Source: an uncultured cyanobacterium (GTDB taxonomy: Bacteria > Cyanobacteriota > Cyanobacteriia > PCC-9006 > JAAUQQ01). Taken from it: a DNA stretch of 64,000 bases. The stretch covers positions 5,728,001 through 5,792,000 of the forward strand of contig OY970368.1 in NCBI GenBank assembly GCA_963718615.1. Reading direction: 5' to 3'. Below are positions 19,366 through 29,983 of this stretch, one piece after another; position 1 is the stretch's first letter, and the number at the start of each line of letters is the position of its first letter. The notes beneath the pieces were generated by a model that worked only from the letters and a program-made list of their open reading frames with translations, was not told the origin of the DNA and did no database searches. The position numbers and the translations under genes were made by a program.

Positions 19366-20352
19366 TCATAGCGGCAGATCTCGCCGAGGATCAAAGCTTT
19401 CGACTTGGTAGAGCTTTTCGTAGAGCGATCGCTCCTCCTCCGTCAAATGCAGGGGAACCATCACCACCAACTCAAGGATTTGATCTCCCCGTACCCCCGC
19501 ATCATCGGGATAACCCTTGCCTGCCAAACGCAACCACTGACCCGGACGCAGGCCCAGCGGCACGTTGATCTGCACAGGTCCATCCAGTGTTGGTACCTCA
19601 ATCGGGGCTCCCAAAACCGCTTCCACCGGTGAAACCGGCACTTGGCAATAAATATCCGTGCCGTCCAGCCGATAAAAGCTGTGTTCTGGCACTTCGATTT
19701 TGAGATATAAATCTCCGCCACTGATGCCCTGTCCTCGCAAACGAATTTGCTGCCCCGTCGCCAGGCCAGCGGGCATATCTAGCTCAATGGCGCGGCCATC
19801 CTCAAGGCGAATTCGCTCGGGGCCGCCAGCATAGGCCTGTTCGAGAGGGACGACTAAATGGGCTTCGACATCACGGGGAGCATCGGTGTTCGGGTAGGGG
19901 GAAGCGCGCTGAACGCGATCGCGCAAGGGGTCTTCCCGACGCGGTGACTCGGCCCAGCGGGTCTCTTTCCCTGGCCCAAAATCTTCATCCCGAGGGGGCG
20001 TTTTCCCCAGCAGTTCGTCTACAAAAATGTTGAAATCAGGGAACTGGCTAAAGTCGATGGGCGCGGATCGCCAGTTGATGCCCCAGCTACCCCGTGGGCG
20101 ATCGCCAAAGCCCTCAAACCCATCCTGATTCCAGTAGCTGCTAAATTCGTCGTATTGCGATCGCCGCTCCACATCCGAGAGCACTTCGTAGGCTTCGCTG
20201 ATAACCTTGAACTGCTCCTCTGCCGCTTTATCACCAGGGTTAAGGTCAGGATGATAACGGCGAGCGAGCTGGCGAAAAACCCGTTTAATCTCTTCCCCCG
20301 TCGCTTCCCGTTCAACCCCCAGGATTTCATAGTAATTCCGAAAGTTTTCCAT
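19366..20352 (-). CDS. dnaJ: DnaJ-class chaperone without zinc finger (CbpA/DnaJ3-like)
   Basis: NYYEILGV, YHPDLN J-domain and DnaJ C-terminal domain. TGATG overlap with the dnaK stop. Confidence 0.92.
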   Translation of the reverse strand: MENFRNYYEILGVEREATGEEIKRVFRQLARRYHPDLNPGDKAAEEQFKVISEAYEVLSDVERRSQYDEFSSYWNQDGFEGFGDRPRGSWGINWRSAPIDFSQFPDFNIFVDELLGKTPPRDEDFGPGKETRWAESPRREDPLRDRVQRASPYPNTDAPRDVEAHLVVPLEQAYAGGPERIRLEDGRAIELDMPAGLATGQQIRLRGQGISGGDLYLKIEVPEHSFYRLDGTDIYCQVPVSPVEAVLGAPIEVPTLDGPVQINVPLGLRPGQWLRLAGKGYPDDAGVRGDQILELVVMVPLHLTEEERSLYEKLYQVESFDPRRDLPL

Positions 20353-22520
20353 CAAAGCCACTCATCTTCGTCCCCAAAGTCTTCATTGGGATAGGGATTG
20401 CTGTAGCGAGGGCGAGGGCGATCCAGTCCGCCGCGATCCAGTCCGCCGCGATCCAATCCACCGCGATCATAGCCCCCCCGATCGTAGCCGCCGCGATCAT
20501 AGCCTCCCCGATCATAGCCCCCCCGATCTGGAGAGGTCCCATAGCCTCCTCGGTCGGGTGGGGGTCCATAGCGGTCATTGCTGTAGCGATCGCCATAGTC
20601 ATCCCGGCCTCGGCGGCGATCGCTATCTTCCCCCGTAATCGATTCTTTGATTTCCGTAAACGTTTCCTTGACCGACCGGAAAATATCGTCGTCGTCCTCT
20701 TCCCGCAGGCGGAACGAAATTTCTCGCTCTAGGGCGGTCAGCGCATCCTGTAAATCAGCCTGGGCAAGGTCAATGGTGCGATCGTCATTGTCTTCGAGGG
20801 CTTGGCGTAGCTCACGAATATACACCTCCACCTGTCGTCGTTCCCGATCGGCAAAATACATCCCAAAGTCGATCGCCACCTCCCGCAGCTTGCGCTCGGC
20901 CTTGCTGGCAAGACTTTCGACCTGATTGCGACGATCGATCCGGGCTTTCTTCTGGCCATCCACCTGGGCGTAGTCCCGCGCCTCCTGGATCATTCGGTCA
21001 ATCTCGGCATCGCTCAGCGTCGAGGCCCCCTGAATCGTCACGGTTTGCTCCCGCCCCGTCGTTCGGTCTAGGGCGCTGACTTGGAGAATGCCATTGGAGT
21101 CAATATCAAACGACACCTGAATTTGCGGCACGCCCCGAGGCGCAGGGGGAATCCCCATGAGCTTGAACCGTCCCAAGGATTTATTGCCCTCGGCCATCTG
21201 CCGTTCACCCTGGAGTACATGGATTTCCACCAGGGTTTGATTATTTTCCCCGGTGGAAAAAATATCGGATTTGCGGACCGGCACAGGCGTATTACGCGGA
21301 ATCAAGGGTTTCATCACGCCGCCAATGGTTTCTAACCCCAACGACAGGGGCGTCACATCCAAGAGCAACACATCGCGCACATCCCCAGCAATAATGCCCG
21401 CCTGAATCGCCGCTCCTACTGCGACTACTTCATCCGGATTAACATTGCGGTTGGGCTCTTGGTCAATGAACGATCGCACCAACTCCTGCACCATGGGCAT
21501 TCGCGTCGAGCCCCCCACGAGCACCACTTCGTCAATGGCACGGGGAGATAGACCCGCATCCTGAATGGCACGGCGGACCGGCAGCTTGAGGCGTTCCAGC
21601 AGGTCAAGACATAACCCCTCAAATTCCCCCCGCGCCAGCCGAGTTTCTAAATGCTTAGGCCCCTCTTCCGTTGCGGTAATAAAAGGTAAATTAATTTCGG
21701 TCAGCCCCACCCCCGAGAGCTCAATTTTGGCTTTCTCAGCGGCTTCAGTCAGGCGCTGGAGCGACTGGCGTTCCCGGCGTAGGTCAATGCTTTCCCGTTC
21801 TAGAAACTGCTCCGCCATCCAGTTGACGATTTTGCGATCGAAATCATTCCCCCCCAACTGGGTATCACCGCTCGTGGAGAGAACCTCAAATACCCCATCC
21901 CCAACCTTAAGGATAGACACGTCAAAGGTGCCGCCCCCAAGGTCAAAGACCAAAATTGTTTGTCGCTGGGTGCGATCGAGCCCATAGGCCAACGACGCAG
22001 CCGTCGGCTCATTCAAAATCCGTTTGACATCCAGCCCAGCAATTCGGCCCGCATCGCGGGTGGCCTGGCGCTGGGAATCGTTAAAATAGGCCGGAACCGT
22101 AATCACCGCACCGGTAACCGTTTGTCCGAGGTAACGACTGGCTTCATCCGCCAGCTTGCGCAGAATCATCGCTGAAACTTCTTCCGGTGCAAACTCCCGT
22201 TCAAGGCGCGGCGATACAATCCGAATATTGCCCTCTTCGTTGCGGCGAATCATGTAGGGCACCCGTCGATCCTCGGAGCTCAGCTCGGAATAGGGCCGAC
22301 CAATAAAGCGCTTGACGTTGTAAAACGTGTTTTTGGGATCGAGAACCGCCTGTCGCCGTCCCATTTGCCCAACCAAACGCTCACCGTCCTTCGTAAAGGC
22401 GACAACGGAGGGCGTGGTTCGCATGCCCTCGGCATTAGCGATGACCACGGGTTTGCCGCCTTCCATCACGGCAACCACAGAGTTGGTAGTCCCCAGGTCA
22501 ATGCCAACTACTTTACCCAT
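20352..22520 (-). CDS. dnaK: Chaperone DnaK (DnaK3-type, acidic/Trp C-terminus)
   Basis: [23 protein letters not shown] and [11 protein letters not shown]; long C-tail ending [10 protein letters not shown]; coupled to dnaJ. Confidence 0.95.
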   Translation of the reverse strand: MGKVVGIDLGTTNSVVAVMEGGKPVVIANAEGMRTTPSVVAFTKDGERLVGQMGRRQAVLDPKNTFYNVKRFIGRPYSELSSEDRRVPYMIRRNEEGNIRIVSPRLEREFAPEEVSAMILRKLADEASRYLGQTVTGAVITVPAYFNDSQRQATRDAGRIAGLDVKRILNEPTAASLAYGLDRTQRQTILVFDLGGGTFDVSILKVGDGVFEVLSTSGDTQLGGNDFDRKIVNWMAEQFLERESIDLRRERQSLQRLTEAAEKAKIELSGVGLTEINLPFITATEEGPKHLETRLARGEFEGLCLDLLERLKLPVRRAIQDAGLSPRAIDEVVLVGGSTRMPMVQELVRSFIDQEPNRNVNPDEVVAVGAAIQAGIIAGDVRDVLLLDVTPLSLGLETIGGVMKPLIPRNTPVPVRKSDIFSTGENNQTLVEIHVLQGERQMAEGNKSLGRFKLMGIPPAPRGVPQIQVSFDIDSNGILQVSALDRTTGREQTVTIQGASTLSDAEIDRMIQEARDYAQVDGQKKARIDRRNQVESLASKAERKLREVAIDFGMYFADRERRQVEVYIRELRQALEDNDDRTIDLAQADLQDALTALEREISFRLREEDDDDIFRSVKETFTEIKESITGEDSDRRRGRDDYGDRYSNDRYGPPPDRGGYGTSPDRGGYDRGGYDRGGYDRGGYDRGGLDRGGLDRGGLDRPRPRYSNPYPNEDFGDEDEWL

Positions 22521-22705
22521 TCGCTGCAAGTACTCCTCGCTGATCCTCTCAAGGTTACCGTTCCAAGCCAAAATTCTCCTAGGGGCAGCAGGTTGACCCA
22601 TTGAGAAGGTCGGCAGTCCGGAATTGTTGAGAACTGTTGCTCCCCATTCTATCTGCTCACAGCAAGAGAACGGAAACCAGAAAATCCTAGACTTCTAAAT
22701 TAAAA

Positions 22706-22792
22706 CGGAGAGGGAGGGATTCGAACCCTCGTTAGAGTTACCCCTAAACAGCATTTCCAGTGCTGCGCCTTCAACCACTCGGCCACCTCTCC
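22706..22792 (-). tRNA. tRNA-Ser(GGA)
   Basis: GGAGAGGTGGCCGAGTGG...CAGCA-CT-GGA-AA-TGCTG, long variable arm, GGTTCGAATCC; CCA not encoded. Confidence 0.97.
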
Positions 22793-22836
22793 AGGGGTTA
22801 TTCGATTGTGGGTGAGTTGTAACTCACCGGATAACG

Positions 22837-22866
22837 ATAGTATCCGATCGAGGCTCAATTGGGCAA
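22837..22866 (-). promoter_or_regulatory. Possible sigma70-type promoter of tRNA-Ser
   Basis: Minus strand TTGCCC-18 nt-TACTAT about 45 nt upstream of the tRNA. Confidence 0.4.
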
Positions 22867-22948
22867 GCGGCTTTACAGATTCAATGGATGGAGAATGGAT
22901 AGATGATCGATAAACCGCCTGCCCCGGTCTGGTTTGAGCGGGCGATCG

Positions 22949-23554
22949 CTAGATCGTAGCGAAATAATCCTTGGACTTAATGGGGTCGGGATTCATCGTC
23001 TTGTCGCCCGGTTTCCAGCCCGCCGGACAAACCTCATCCGGGTTGCTTTGAACATACTGGAGAGCCTGAAGGGTCCGTAGGGTTTCCTCTACGTTCCGGC
23101 CAAAGGCGAGGTTATTGATCGTGGAATGCTGGAGAATCCCCTCTTTGTCGATGATGAAAAGACCGCGCAGGGCAATGCCAGCTTCTGGATCGAGGACGTT
23201 GTAGGCTGTGCAAATGTCTTTTTTGATGTCCGAGACCAGCGGATAGTTGAGATCTCCAACCCCCCCTTGGTTGCGCTCGGTTTGAATCCAGGCCAGGTGA
23301 GAAAATTCGCTGTCGATCGAGACCCCGAGGATTTCGGTTCCTAGGGCTTTGAATTCGGCGTGGCGATCGCTAAATGCAGTAATTTCCGTTGGGCAAACAA
23401 ACGTAAAGTCCAGCGGATAGAAAAATAAGACAACGTACTGCCCCTGATAGTCCGACAGGCTAATTGTCTTAAATTCCTGGTCAATGACAGCGGTTGCCGT
23501 AAAGTTAGGGGCTTCCTGGCCGACGCGCAGACAGCCTTCATTTGGAGAACTCAT
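22949..23554 (-). CDS. 2-Cys peroxiredoxin (AhpC/Prx1 type)
   Basis: FTFVCPTEI and EVCPA cysteines; GGVG and C-terminal YF motifs. Confidence 0.95.
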   Translation of the reverse strand: MSSPNEGCLRVGQEAPNFTATAVIDQEFKTISLSDYQGQYVVLFFYPLDFTFVCPTEITAFSDRHAEFKALGTEILGVSIDSEFSHLAWIQTERNQGGVGDLNYPLVSDIKKDICTAYNVLDPEAGIALRGLFIIDKEGILQHSTINNLAFGRNVEETLRTLQALQYVQSNPDEVCPAGWKPGDKTMNPDPIKSKDYFATI

Positions 23555-23661
23555 ATCCCAACACTCCTAGAAAGTGCGTCTTGTGATGTTAACGCCAAAA
23601 CGAAAAACGTCCTTCACCGTATCACAGCTAGAACGCCATAGGGATGATGCTTTTGATTAAA

Positions 23662-23733
23662 TGGCTCAGGCGTGATTTGAACACGCGACCAAGGGCTTAT
23701 GAGTCCCCTGCTCTACCGCTGAGCTACTGAGCC
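23662..23733 (-). tRNA. tRNA-Met(CAT), probably elongator
   Basis: GGCTCAGTAGCTCAGCGGTAGAGC...CT-CAT-AA...GTTCAAATC...CTGAGCCA. The paired G1-C72 argues against initiator tRNA. Confidence 0.93.
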
Positions 23734-24017
23734 ATGCTTAAAGTCTCTTGAGGTTGCCTTGAGAAAAGGCTAGCCTTGAGTGATGCAAGGACTGACCTCA
23801 ACGGTTTATTAACTTAGCATAGGGTGAGGTCGAACCACAACTAATGCGGCTAAAAATTTGAGTAGTCCTAAAATCTAACAAACCGAAAGCCTGACAAACT
23901 GAATGTCTGACAAATCAAAGCCGAGAAGACAAATAGCGTCCTCTCGGCCTTGGATAGGCATTAATTCACCCTGATATCAATTCACCCTGAATAATTGCGT
24001 GAACTGATACCCATAGA

Positions 24018-26189
24018 TTATTGGGCAGGCAGATAGGCGATCGGATTCACAGCCCCTTGCCCCGGCGGATGAATCTCGAAGTGGAGGTGAGGACCCGTAC
24101 TAAAACCGGTGCTGCCCATGAGGGCGATTTGCTCACCTTGACGGACGCGCTGTCCGTCTTTCACCAAAACGCGGCTGTTGTGGGCGTAGAGCGTCACCGA
24201 GCCGTCAGGATGGGTAATTTCGACCAGGTTGCCATAGCCGCCATCATTCCAGCCTGCATAGGTGATCACACCGCCGCCCGCTGCCACGATGGGGGTCCCC
24301 ACCGGTCCGGCCACGTCAATGCCCTTGTGCATCCGGCCCCAGCGCCAGCCAAATCCGGAGGAAAGCACCCCTTGGGCTGGCCAAATGAAGCCTTTGGATA
24401 GGCCATTAGGCAAAAAGGATTCAGAGGAAAGGGGCGGTAGCTCAGGGGAAACCGACCGACTCAGTAGAGACTGGGCCAAAGGCTCATAGGATTGGGAGCC
24501 GAGAGATGCCGCAGCCACGACCTGAGGCTGGGCCGGTTGAGGCATCTGGACCGGGATTTGCTGGGTGCCTGCGACGGCTACGCCTGCATCCCGACTTTGA
24601 GCTTGTAGTTCTTGCAGCTCAGACTTCAAGCCGTTGACATAGCTGTCAGGCTTGAACTCGGGATTCACGCGGCTAGAGGCCGTTGTGGTTTTTCCAGGAG
24701 CCTGAACGGTGATGGGTTCAGCCTTGGGAGCCAGATTGTGGGAAGGCTCGGGAATCAAGGGCTGGCGTAGATCTGCGGCTACGGATTCAGGCTTTTGCTG
24801 TTTCTGCTGACGCATTTGCCGAATCTCGCCCATCAAAATATCCACGTAGGGATTTTCTGCTGTGCCGCTGGGGGCAGTGGCGATCGCCTGCGTCTGGGGG
24901 GCAGCCGCTGCCTTAGGAGTCGCAGAAGGCAGTTCTGCAACCCGAATCGGCTGAGCCGCAATGGGACTTGCGACGGGAGCAGGCTGAGCCTGAATGCCAC
25001 CGGGAATCGTTAGCGTTTGGCCAACAAAAATGAAATTCGGGTTGCTGATACCATTGGCTCGGCTAAGGTCGGTTAGGCTAATGCCATGATTCCGAGCTAT
25101 CTTGACCAGCGTGTCACCCGGTTGTACACGGTAGTTGCTACTGACCTGGGGATTGGTCTGAAGCTGAATCGGAGCTTGAGCCGGGGCCTGAGGCTTCGTT
25201 TGGGCCGGTTGTAGTGGCTTCAACGTCAGAGGGACTGAAGCTGCAACGGGCATCGAAACTGGAACCTGGACAGCATTCTCTTCGGTCTTAAGCGTCGTTG
25301 GAAGCTCAGGGAGCTGGGCAGATCCGGTTTGAACCGGTCCCTCAGCAGGAGTAATCGCAACGGCTTCAGCCTTGGGCACTACAGGGGCAGATGCGGATTG
25401 AACCTCATCAATTTGAACCCCATCGACGGCGGTGACGGCAATCGAGGCAGAACGGGGAAGACCAATGACTTGGTCGACCTTCAGCACATTGGGATTATCG
25501 AGCTGGTTAACCGCGACGATTTCGGCCCGCGAGACGTCAAAGCGACGGGCAATCGAATCTAGGGTATCGCCCGCTTGAATGCGGTAGGGCGAGAGCTGGG
25601 AGAGCTCTAGCTTTTGCGGACTGACCTCAGAAGACTGAGGCACAGAAGGCAGCGTGGCGGGAATGGCGGCTACCCGCTCAGGACTCGCAATTGTCGCATC
25701 GGTTAACTTGCTATTGGCTGCGACAATCTGGGGACTGAAGTCAGCGAGATCACCGGATTCCACGGCTGCGGCTGCGGATTCTGCCAGACGCTGGAGCTCA
25801 AGGGCAAGTTCATCGGCGCGCTGGGCATCTTTGGACACCGAAGTGTCCGATGCCTCTGCGGCCATCGCCGCACCTTGCATCAGCGAGAGCACATCAGAGG
25901 CTCCCATGGCCATGGCCAAACCGACCACCGCCGCCGAAGTGCGCATCCGGCGCTGGCAAGCGGGGTTGGTGAGGATGGGTTTGAGATATCTCTCGACCCA
26001 GTCAGCACCGTCAGCTTGACGGATAACAGACTGGATATCTTCTGGGCTGATCTGACGAATCTGGCTTAACAGACTGGCGCGATCGCCATTGCTCTGGGAA
26101 GCCGCAAGCTCCGCCAGGGCACTCAGAGCATCCTTACCCAGGGAGCGGGGCAATTGGGGCTCGATTTTTTGTGGAAATCCTCGTTTCAA
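24018..26189 (-). CDS. LysM + M23 peptidase (NlpD-like)
   Basis: Two LysM domains (YRIQAGDTL, YRVQPGDTL) and M23 motifs HKGID and HLHFE. TTG start at 26189 follows AGGAGG. Confidence 0.92.
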   Translation of the reverse strand: MKRGFPQKIEPQLPRSLGKDALSALAELAASQSNGDRASLLSQIRQISPEDIQSVIRQADGADWVERYLKPILTNPACQRRMRTSAAVVGLAMAMGASDVLSLMQGAAMAAEASDTSVSKDAQRADELALELQRLAESAAAAVESGDLADFSPQIVAANSKLTDATIASPERVAAIPATLPSVPQSSEVSPQKLELSQLSPYRIQAGDTLDSIARRFDVSRAEIVAVNQLDNPNVLKVDQVIGLPRSASIAVTAVDGVQIDEVQSASAPVVPKAEAVAITPAEGPVQTGSAQLPELPTTLKTEENAVQVPVSMPVAASVPLTLKPLQPAQTKPQAPAQAPIQLQTNPQVSSNYRVQPGDTLVKIARNHGISLTDLSRANGISNPNFIFVGQTLTIPGGIQAQPAPVASPIAAQPIRVAELPSATPKAAAAPQTQAIATAPSGTAENPYVDILMGEIRQMRQQKQQKPESVAADLRQPLIPEPSHNLAPKAEPITVQAPGKTTTASSRVNPEFKPDSYVNGLKSELQELQAQSRDAGVAVAGTQQIPVQMPQPAQPQVVAAASLGSQSYEPLAQSLLSRSVSPELPPLSSESFLPNGLSKGFIWPAQGVLSSGFGWRWGRMHKGIDVAGPVGTPIVAAGGGVITYAGWNDGGYGNLVEITHPDGSVTLYAHNSRVLVKDGQRVRQGEQIALMGSTGFSTGPHLHFEIHPPGQGAVNPIAYLPAQ

Positions 26190-27134
26190 GGAATGACCTC
26201 CTGACAATCAGTACTTACGCATCCTGGAGTTCTTAAGCAACTCTTTCAGACGGACGCCAGCCTTAACAGGGAATTTCTTGTTAAGGAGCAGGATCTAAGG
26301 ACGCAATGTCCGAATTACCTACGAAAGGTTAACTTGCTTTTTACAAATAGACAAGCTCAGGCAAAATATTGCGCCTAAACCGGGGTCAAAGTCTTCAGTG
26401 ATTACTACAGTGCCAATTTCAGAATTGCTTGCTACCTCGACCATGAAATGACGCCACATTCCTTTCAGGGCAAGAATTTCAGGCATTCCTGTTGATCACA
26501 AAAATCATCCAAAATAAGCCTGATTTTTCTTTTTGAGAAGCACGAAAATCGACCTTTTCTAATGGAACAAATGCAAAGCAATACCGATGATTGGAACGAT
26601 CGCATCGGGTGTCAAGAAGACAATTCTAGTCGCAGCGATTGTATATATGAATTTCTTATCGCTGCTGACTAGACGAAATCCCCACTCCCCAAGTTTCCCG
26701 GCCTGAAGGCGTAGCCTGAGTTACCTTTTGCAGCTCTTTCAAGGGACTCCTGGTGGAAGGCAAGGCATAGTAGGGGATGAATGATTATTTTTGGTAATCA
26801 TTTTTTGCAAAATCCTGTGAGCCGGATCACAAACGAGGCATTTTACCCATACAGGAGCCTTGGGCTGGATCAGCGCGAGGGGTCGGAGCCCTCAGGATGT
26901 AGGCTCTACCCTGCCTTGGACGGATCCGGAGAACTAAGCAAGATTGACCTAGACCACCCGAGAGCGGGGCTAAACTCTTCTTAAGACTCAAGGATCGCAG
27001 CTATAGGATTAAGTTATCTTTGCTGGTGTTTGCGATAGAAAAAAGTGAAGTGATGGGCGATGCGATCGCCTCCAACGGCGTGCGGTCTCGGAATTTTGCC
27101 GATGAGTATTTTAGATAAGTATCGTCAGCAAACC

Positions 27135-27629
27135 TTATGGAATGCCTGCTGGCGTCCGTCGGGGACCCTGGGTGAGGAGGCCCAATTGACGACGAGCTTC
27201 GAAAAGGCCAATGGCAACGCTAACGGAAAGGTTGAGGCTGCGCACATGGGGTTGGCTCATGGGGATGTAGATCAGCTCTGTGCAATTTGCTAGTGCTTCA
27301 TCCGGAAGCCCCGTAGTTTCACGGCCAAACAGGAGCCAATCCTCAGGCTGAAATTCAAATTCGCTGTAATTCTGAGTTCCCGCCGTGGTGAATCCGATCC
27401 AGCGCCCTCCCTGTTGGCTGTGGTGAAGTTGGAAGGCCGCGATCGAGTCATGAACGGTTAAGTCGACGTGGGGCCAGTAGTCGAGACCGGCTCGCTTGAG
27501 CTGGCGATCGCTAATTTCAAAGCCCAATGGGCCAACCAAATGTAATGGGGTACCGGTGGCAGCGCAAGTTCGTGCCACATTTCCGGTGTTGGGAGGGATT
27601 TGGGGTTGAATGAGCGCAATACGAACCAT
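27135..27629 (-). CDS. trmL: tRNA (cytidine/uridine-34 2'-O)-methyltransferase, SPOUT family
   Basis: PQIPPNTGN, RAGLDYW, FGRET.GL and RSLNLS. Confidence 0.93.
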   Translation of the reverse strand: MVRIALIQPQIPPNTGNVARTCAATGTPLHLVGPLGFEISDRQLKRAGLDYWPHVDLTVHDSIAAFQLHHSQQGGRWIGFTTAGTQNYSEFEFQPEDWLLFGRETTGLPDEALANCTELIYIPMSQPHVRSLNLSVSVAIGLFEARRQLGLLTQGPRRTPAGIP

Positions 27630-27739
27630 GGTTTACCAACGCAGAGTCGCTCTATTTTCTCATTCTCTTCCCTTATTCCTTATATATAAGGAGATCAAAA
27701 AAGTCATCGGCGAAGTCATCGGCGAAGTCATCGGCATCC

Positions 27740-28210
27740 CTAGGCACTCGCGCCCGACCCGTTGCAGGACTCAGCGTCCGCAGGATCGAAACGCTCTCCG
27801 GACATTTTTAGGCGATCGCGAATATCATCCAAACGAGCCCGCCAAGGCTGTACGCCATGGGGGGCCGGAATTTCTAGGTTGGGCCAGTTGGACAAATCGT
27901 GGCAAGGGCAGTCCATATCCGAAGCACTGCCCACTTTCTTTAACACCGGCATGGAGCAACGAGCACAGTCATCCACCTCCCAGGCCGGGTTCAGAATGGT
28001 TTCAAGGCTCTCGCGGGTGCCCTCTAAAAAACAGCGGCTCAAGCCCTGAGCTTGACAGGTTGCCCAGCAAGCTTCAAAGGCATCGCTATAAGTCCCATTG
28101 TGGAGGACGGATGCGGGCCGCAGGGTTTCACCCGTCGTTTGAATCTGGACTCCCTTGCCGAGCTGGAACCAACAAGCGAGATAGTTACGGAGTTCTGCTG
28201 GACTAGCCAT
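27740..28210 (-). CDS. Cys-rich hypothetical protein
   Basis: 156-aa ORF with YLACWFQLGK, CARC.MP and CPC motifs. Confidence 0.75.
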   Translation of the reverse strand: MASPAELRNYLACWFQLGKGVQIQTTGETLRPASVLHNGTYSDAFEACWATCQAQGLSRCFLEGTRESLETILNPAWEVDDCARCSMPVLKKVGSASDMDCPCHDLSNWPNLEIPAPHGVQPWRARLDDIRDRLKMSGERFDPADAESCNGSGASA

Positions 28211-28365
28211 AGTGCAATTTCAGAGGAAGTAACTGTAAGGAAGTGACTGTATAGAGAGAATGGGTGAAAGACGTGCCCTGGAGTGGATCCCCGAGTGCCT
28301 TTGATCCTAGCTTGTGCCTCCGGCTGATGTGGGGCTTAAACCTAGATAAAATATTGAGTTTTGCG

Positions 28366-28941
28366 TCATTCAGCATCGAGGGGATAGCCCATCTGATGGA
28401 GCGGAATGGCATAGCCCGCCGTGGTGAGATAAACCGCATCGGCCTGCTGGGCTAGGCGGCGGGTGAGTTGGCCGAGGCGATCGCGAAAACGACGCCCCAG
28501 AGCATAGGCCGGAACCACCCCCCATCCCGTTTCCTCGGCGACCAAAATCACCAAGGCGGGACAGGACCGTAGGGCTTCCCCGAGGCTCTGACTGCGAGCT
28601 TGCCAATCTGTCTCCGCCATTTCCAGGCCATTGGCTACCCAGGTGCCGAGGGAGTCGATCAGCAGGCAATCTTCAGAATTTGCGGTGGCCAGGGTTTCTG
28701 CGAGGGCTTCAGGAACTTCTTTGAGGCCCCAAGTGGCAGGACGGCGCTGGCAGTGTTGTTCGATGCGATCGCACCATTCCGCATCCTCGGGCATAGGACG
28801 GGCGGTGGCGATATAGGTGATGGTTGGGGCGATCGCCTGGGCCGCCAGCCGTTCAGCCCAATCACTCTTACCGGAGCGGGTGGGACCGGTCACCAGAACC
28901 ACCTGTCCAGCCCGAAACCGTGGAATGTCTAAATCCATCAC
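28366..28941 (-). CDS. cobU: Bifunctional adenosylcobinamide kinase/guanylyltransferase
   Basis: GPTRSGKS P-loop, YIATA, RI..H..RR, LIDSL, EETGWG and FRD.LG. Confidence 0.92.
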   Translation of the reverse strand: MMDLDIPRFRAGQVVLVTGPTRSGKSDWAERLAAQAIAPTITYIATARPMPEDAEWCDRIEQHCQRRPATWGLKEVPEALAETLATANSEDCLLIDSLGTWVANGLEMAETDWQARSQSLGEALRSCPALVILVAEETGWGVVPAYALGRRFRDRLGQLTRRLAQQADAVYLTTAGYAIPLHQMGYPLDAE

Positions 28942-29050
28942 TGAACCGCCCTAAAAATCAACCTTGACACAGAACCAAAGAGTGTTAGCCTTGTCGCATC
29001 TTATTCGCCTTAGGCTATTCTTTCATCACACTCAGGTTTTCCCCATCGGT

Positions 29051-29914
29051 ATGCCTTCATCTATCCAAGAAATTGAGGCCGCGTTGGCTCGCGTGCAATT
29101 GCCCCGTCCGCGTCAGACGGCTTCCTTAGGCGCGTTTGGGCGTGGCTTTCGGCACAGTCAGCGCGGGGCTTTGGGCTCCTGCTCTTTTAACATTGAGGGC
29201 TGTGATCCGGCTAGCGATTCAGGCTTGACCTCCATTGCCGCTGTGCAGCCACCGCACTTTTGCAAGCCCCTGCGCAAGGTCGTCTCGGCCCCGGCTGCAA
29301 TGCCTGTCTCAATGCTGGTGAAGCCCTTGCAAGTACCCCCCCCGGCTGCCGAAGTTAAAACCCCCATTCCGGTGCCCTTGGAAGTGACGGAGAGTGGAGC
29401 ACCTGTCCCTAGCGGGGGGGATATTCAGCCCCTGGCGATTCGTCCAATTCAAGAGGGACCAGCCCCCAATCTGCCGCGCTCCAAGCCACCTGAGTTTTCC
29501 TCCCATCGCAACAGTGCGAATCCAGTCCTGTCCCTGGGACTGTTGCAGGACATTGCCAAGGAAGTGATGACCTGGCAGTGGAAACTGCAAGAGGTCCACA
29601 ATGCCATCCAAGCGCTCTATGACGAAGGGCCGATTATTAATGGCTGGCTAGAATCGGGTGATGGAACAGTTCAGCTCACAGAAACCAGCGTTCCTTCAGC
29701 TCTGGGCCAGCACTATCGTCTCTGTGGTCTGGATAAAAGTGGCCAAGTTTGGCGGAAACTCTGTCCACCGGAGCAGTTACCCCAAGTGAGCTTAGCCATC
29801 GCCCGTTATCAAAAACTGCGTCAACTGCTGAGCCAAAAAAAATTACTGGATATGCGACTTCAGCGATTAGCCCAAACCTTAACGATGCTTCGGGGCCATT
29901 TACGGGCTTACTAA
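29051..29914 (+). CDS. Hypothetical protein
   Basis: Long ORF with a Pro-rich middle and an ordered C-terminal domain (EGPIINGWLES, YRLCGLD, SLAIARYQKL). Start uncertain (28964-29051). Confidence 0.72.
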   Translation: MPSSIQEIEAALARVQLPRPRQTASLGAFGRGFRHSQRGALGSCSFNIEGCDPASDSGLTSIAAVQPPHFCKPLRKVVSAPAAMPVSMLVKPLQVPPPAAEVKTPIPVPLEVTESGAPVPSGGDIQPLAIRPIQEGPAPNLPRSKPPEFSSHRNSANPVLSLGLLQDIAKEVMTWQWKLQEVHNAIQALYDEGPIINGWLESGDGTVQLTETSVPSALGQHYRLCGLDKSGQVWRKLCPPEQLPQVSLAIARYQKLRQLLSQKKLLDMRLQRLAQTLTMLRGHLRAY

Positions 29915-29983
29915 GGACAGAGGGCCAAGTTTTGAGTCGGTGTTGAGGCCCTGTGCTCTTAGTTTGTTGCCGAAGGATTGACC

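Noticed and set aside
26600-27000. c-di-AMP (ydaO) riboswitch before the LysM gene
   Set aside because: The conserved motifs could not be located by eye.
27610-28206. 198-aa plus-strand ORF
   Set aside because: It overlaps the more credible minus-strand gene and spans a tandem repeat.
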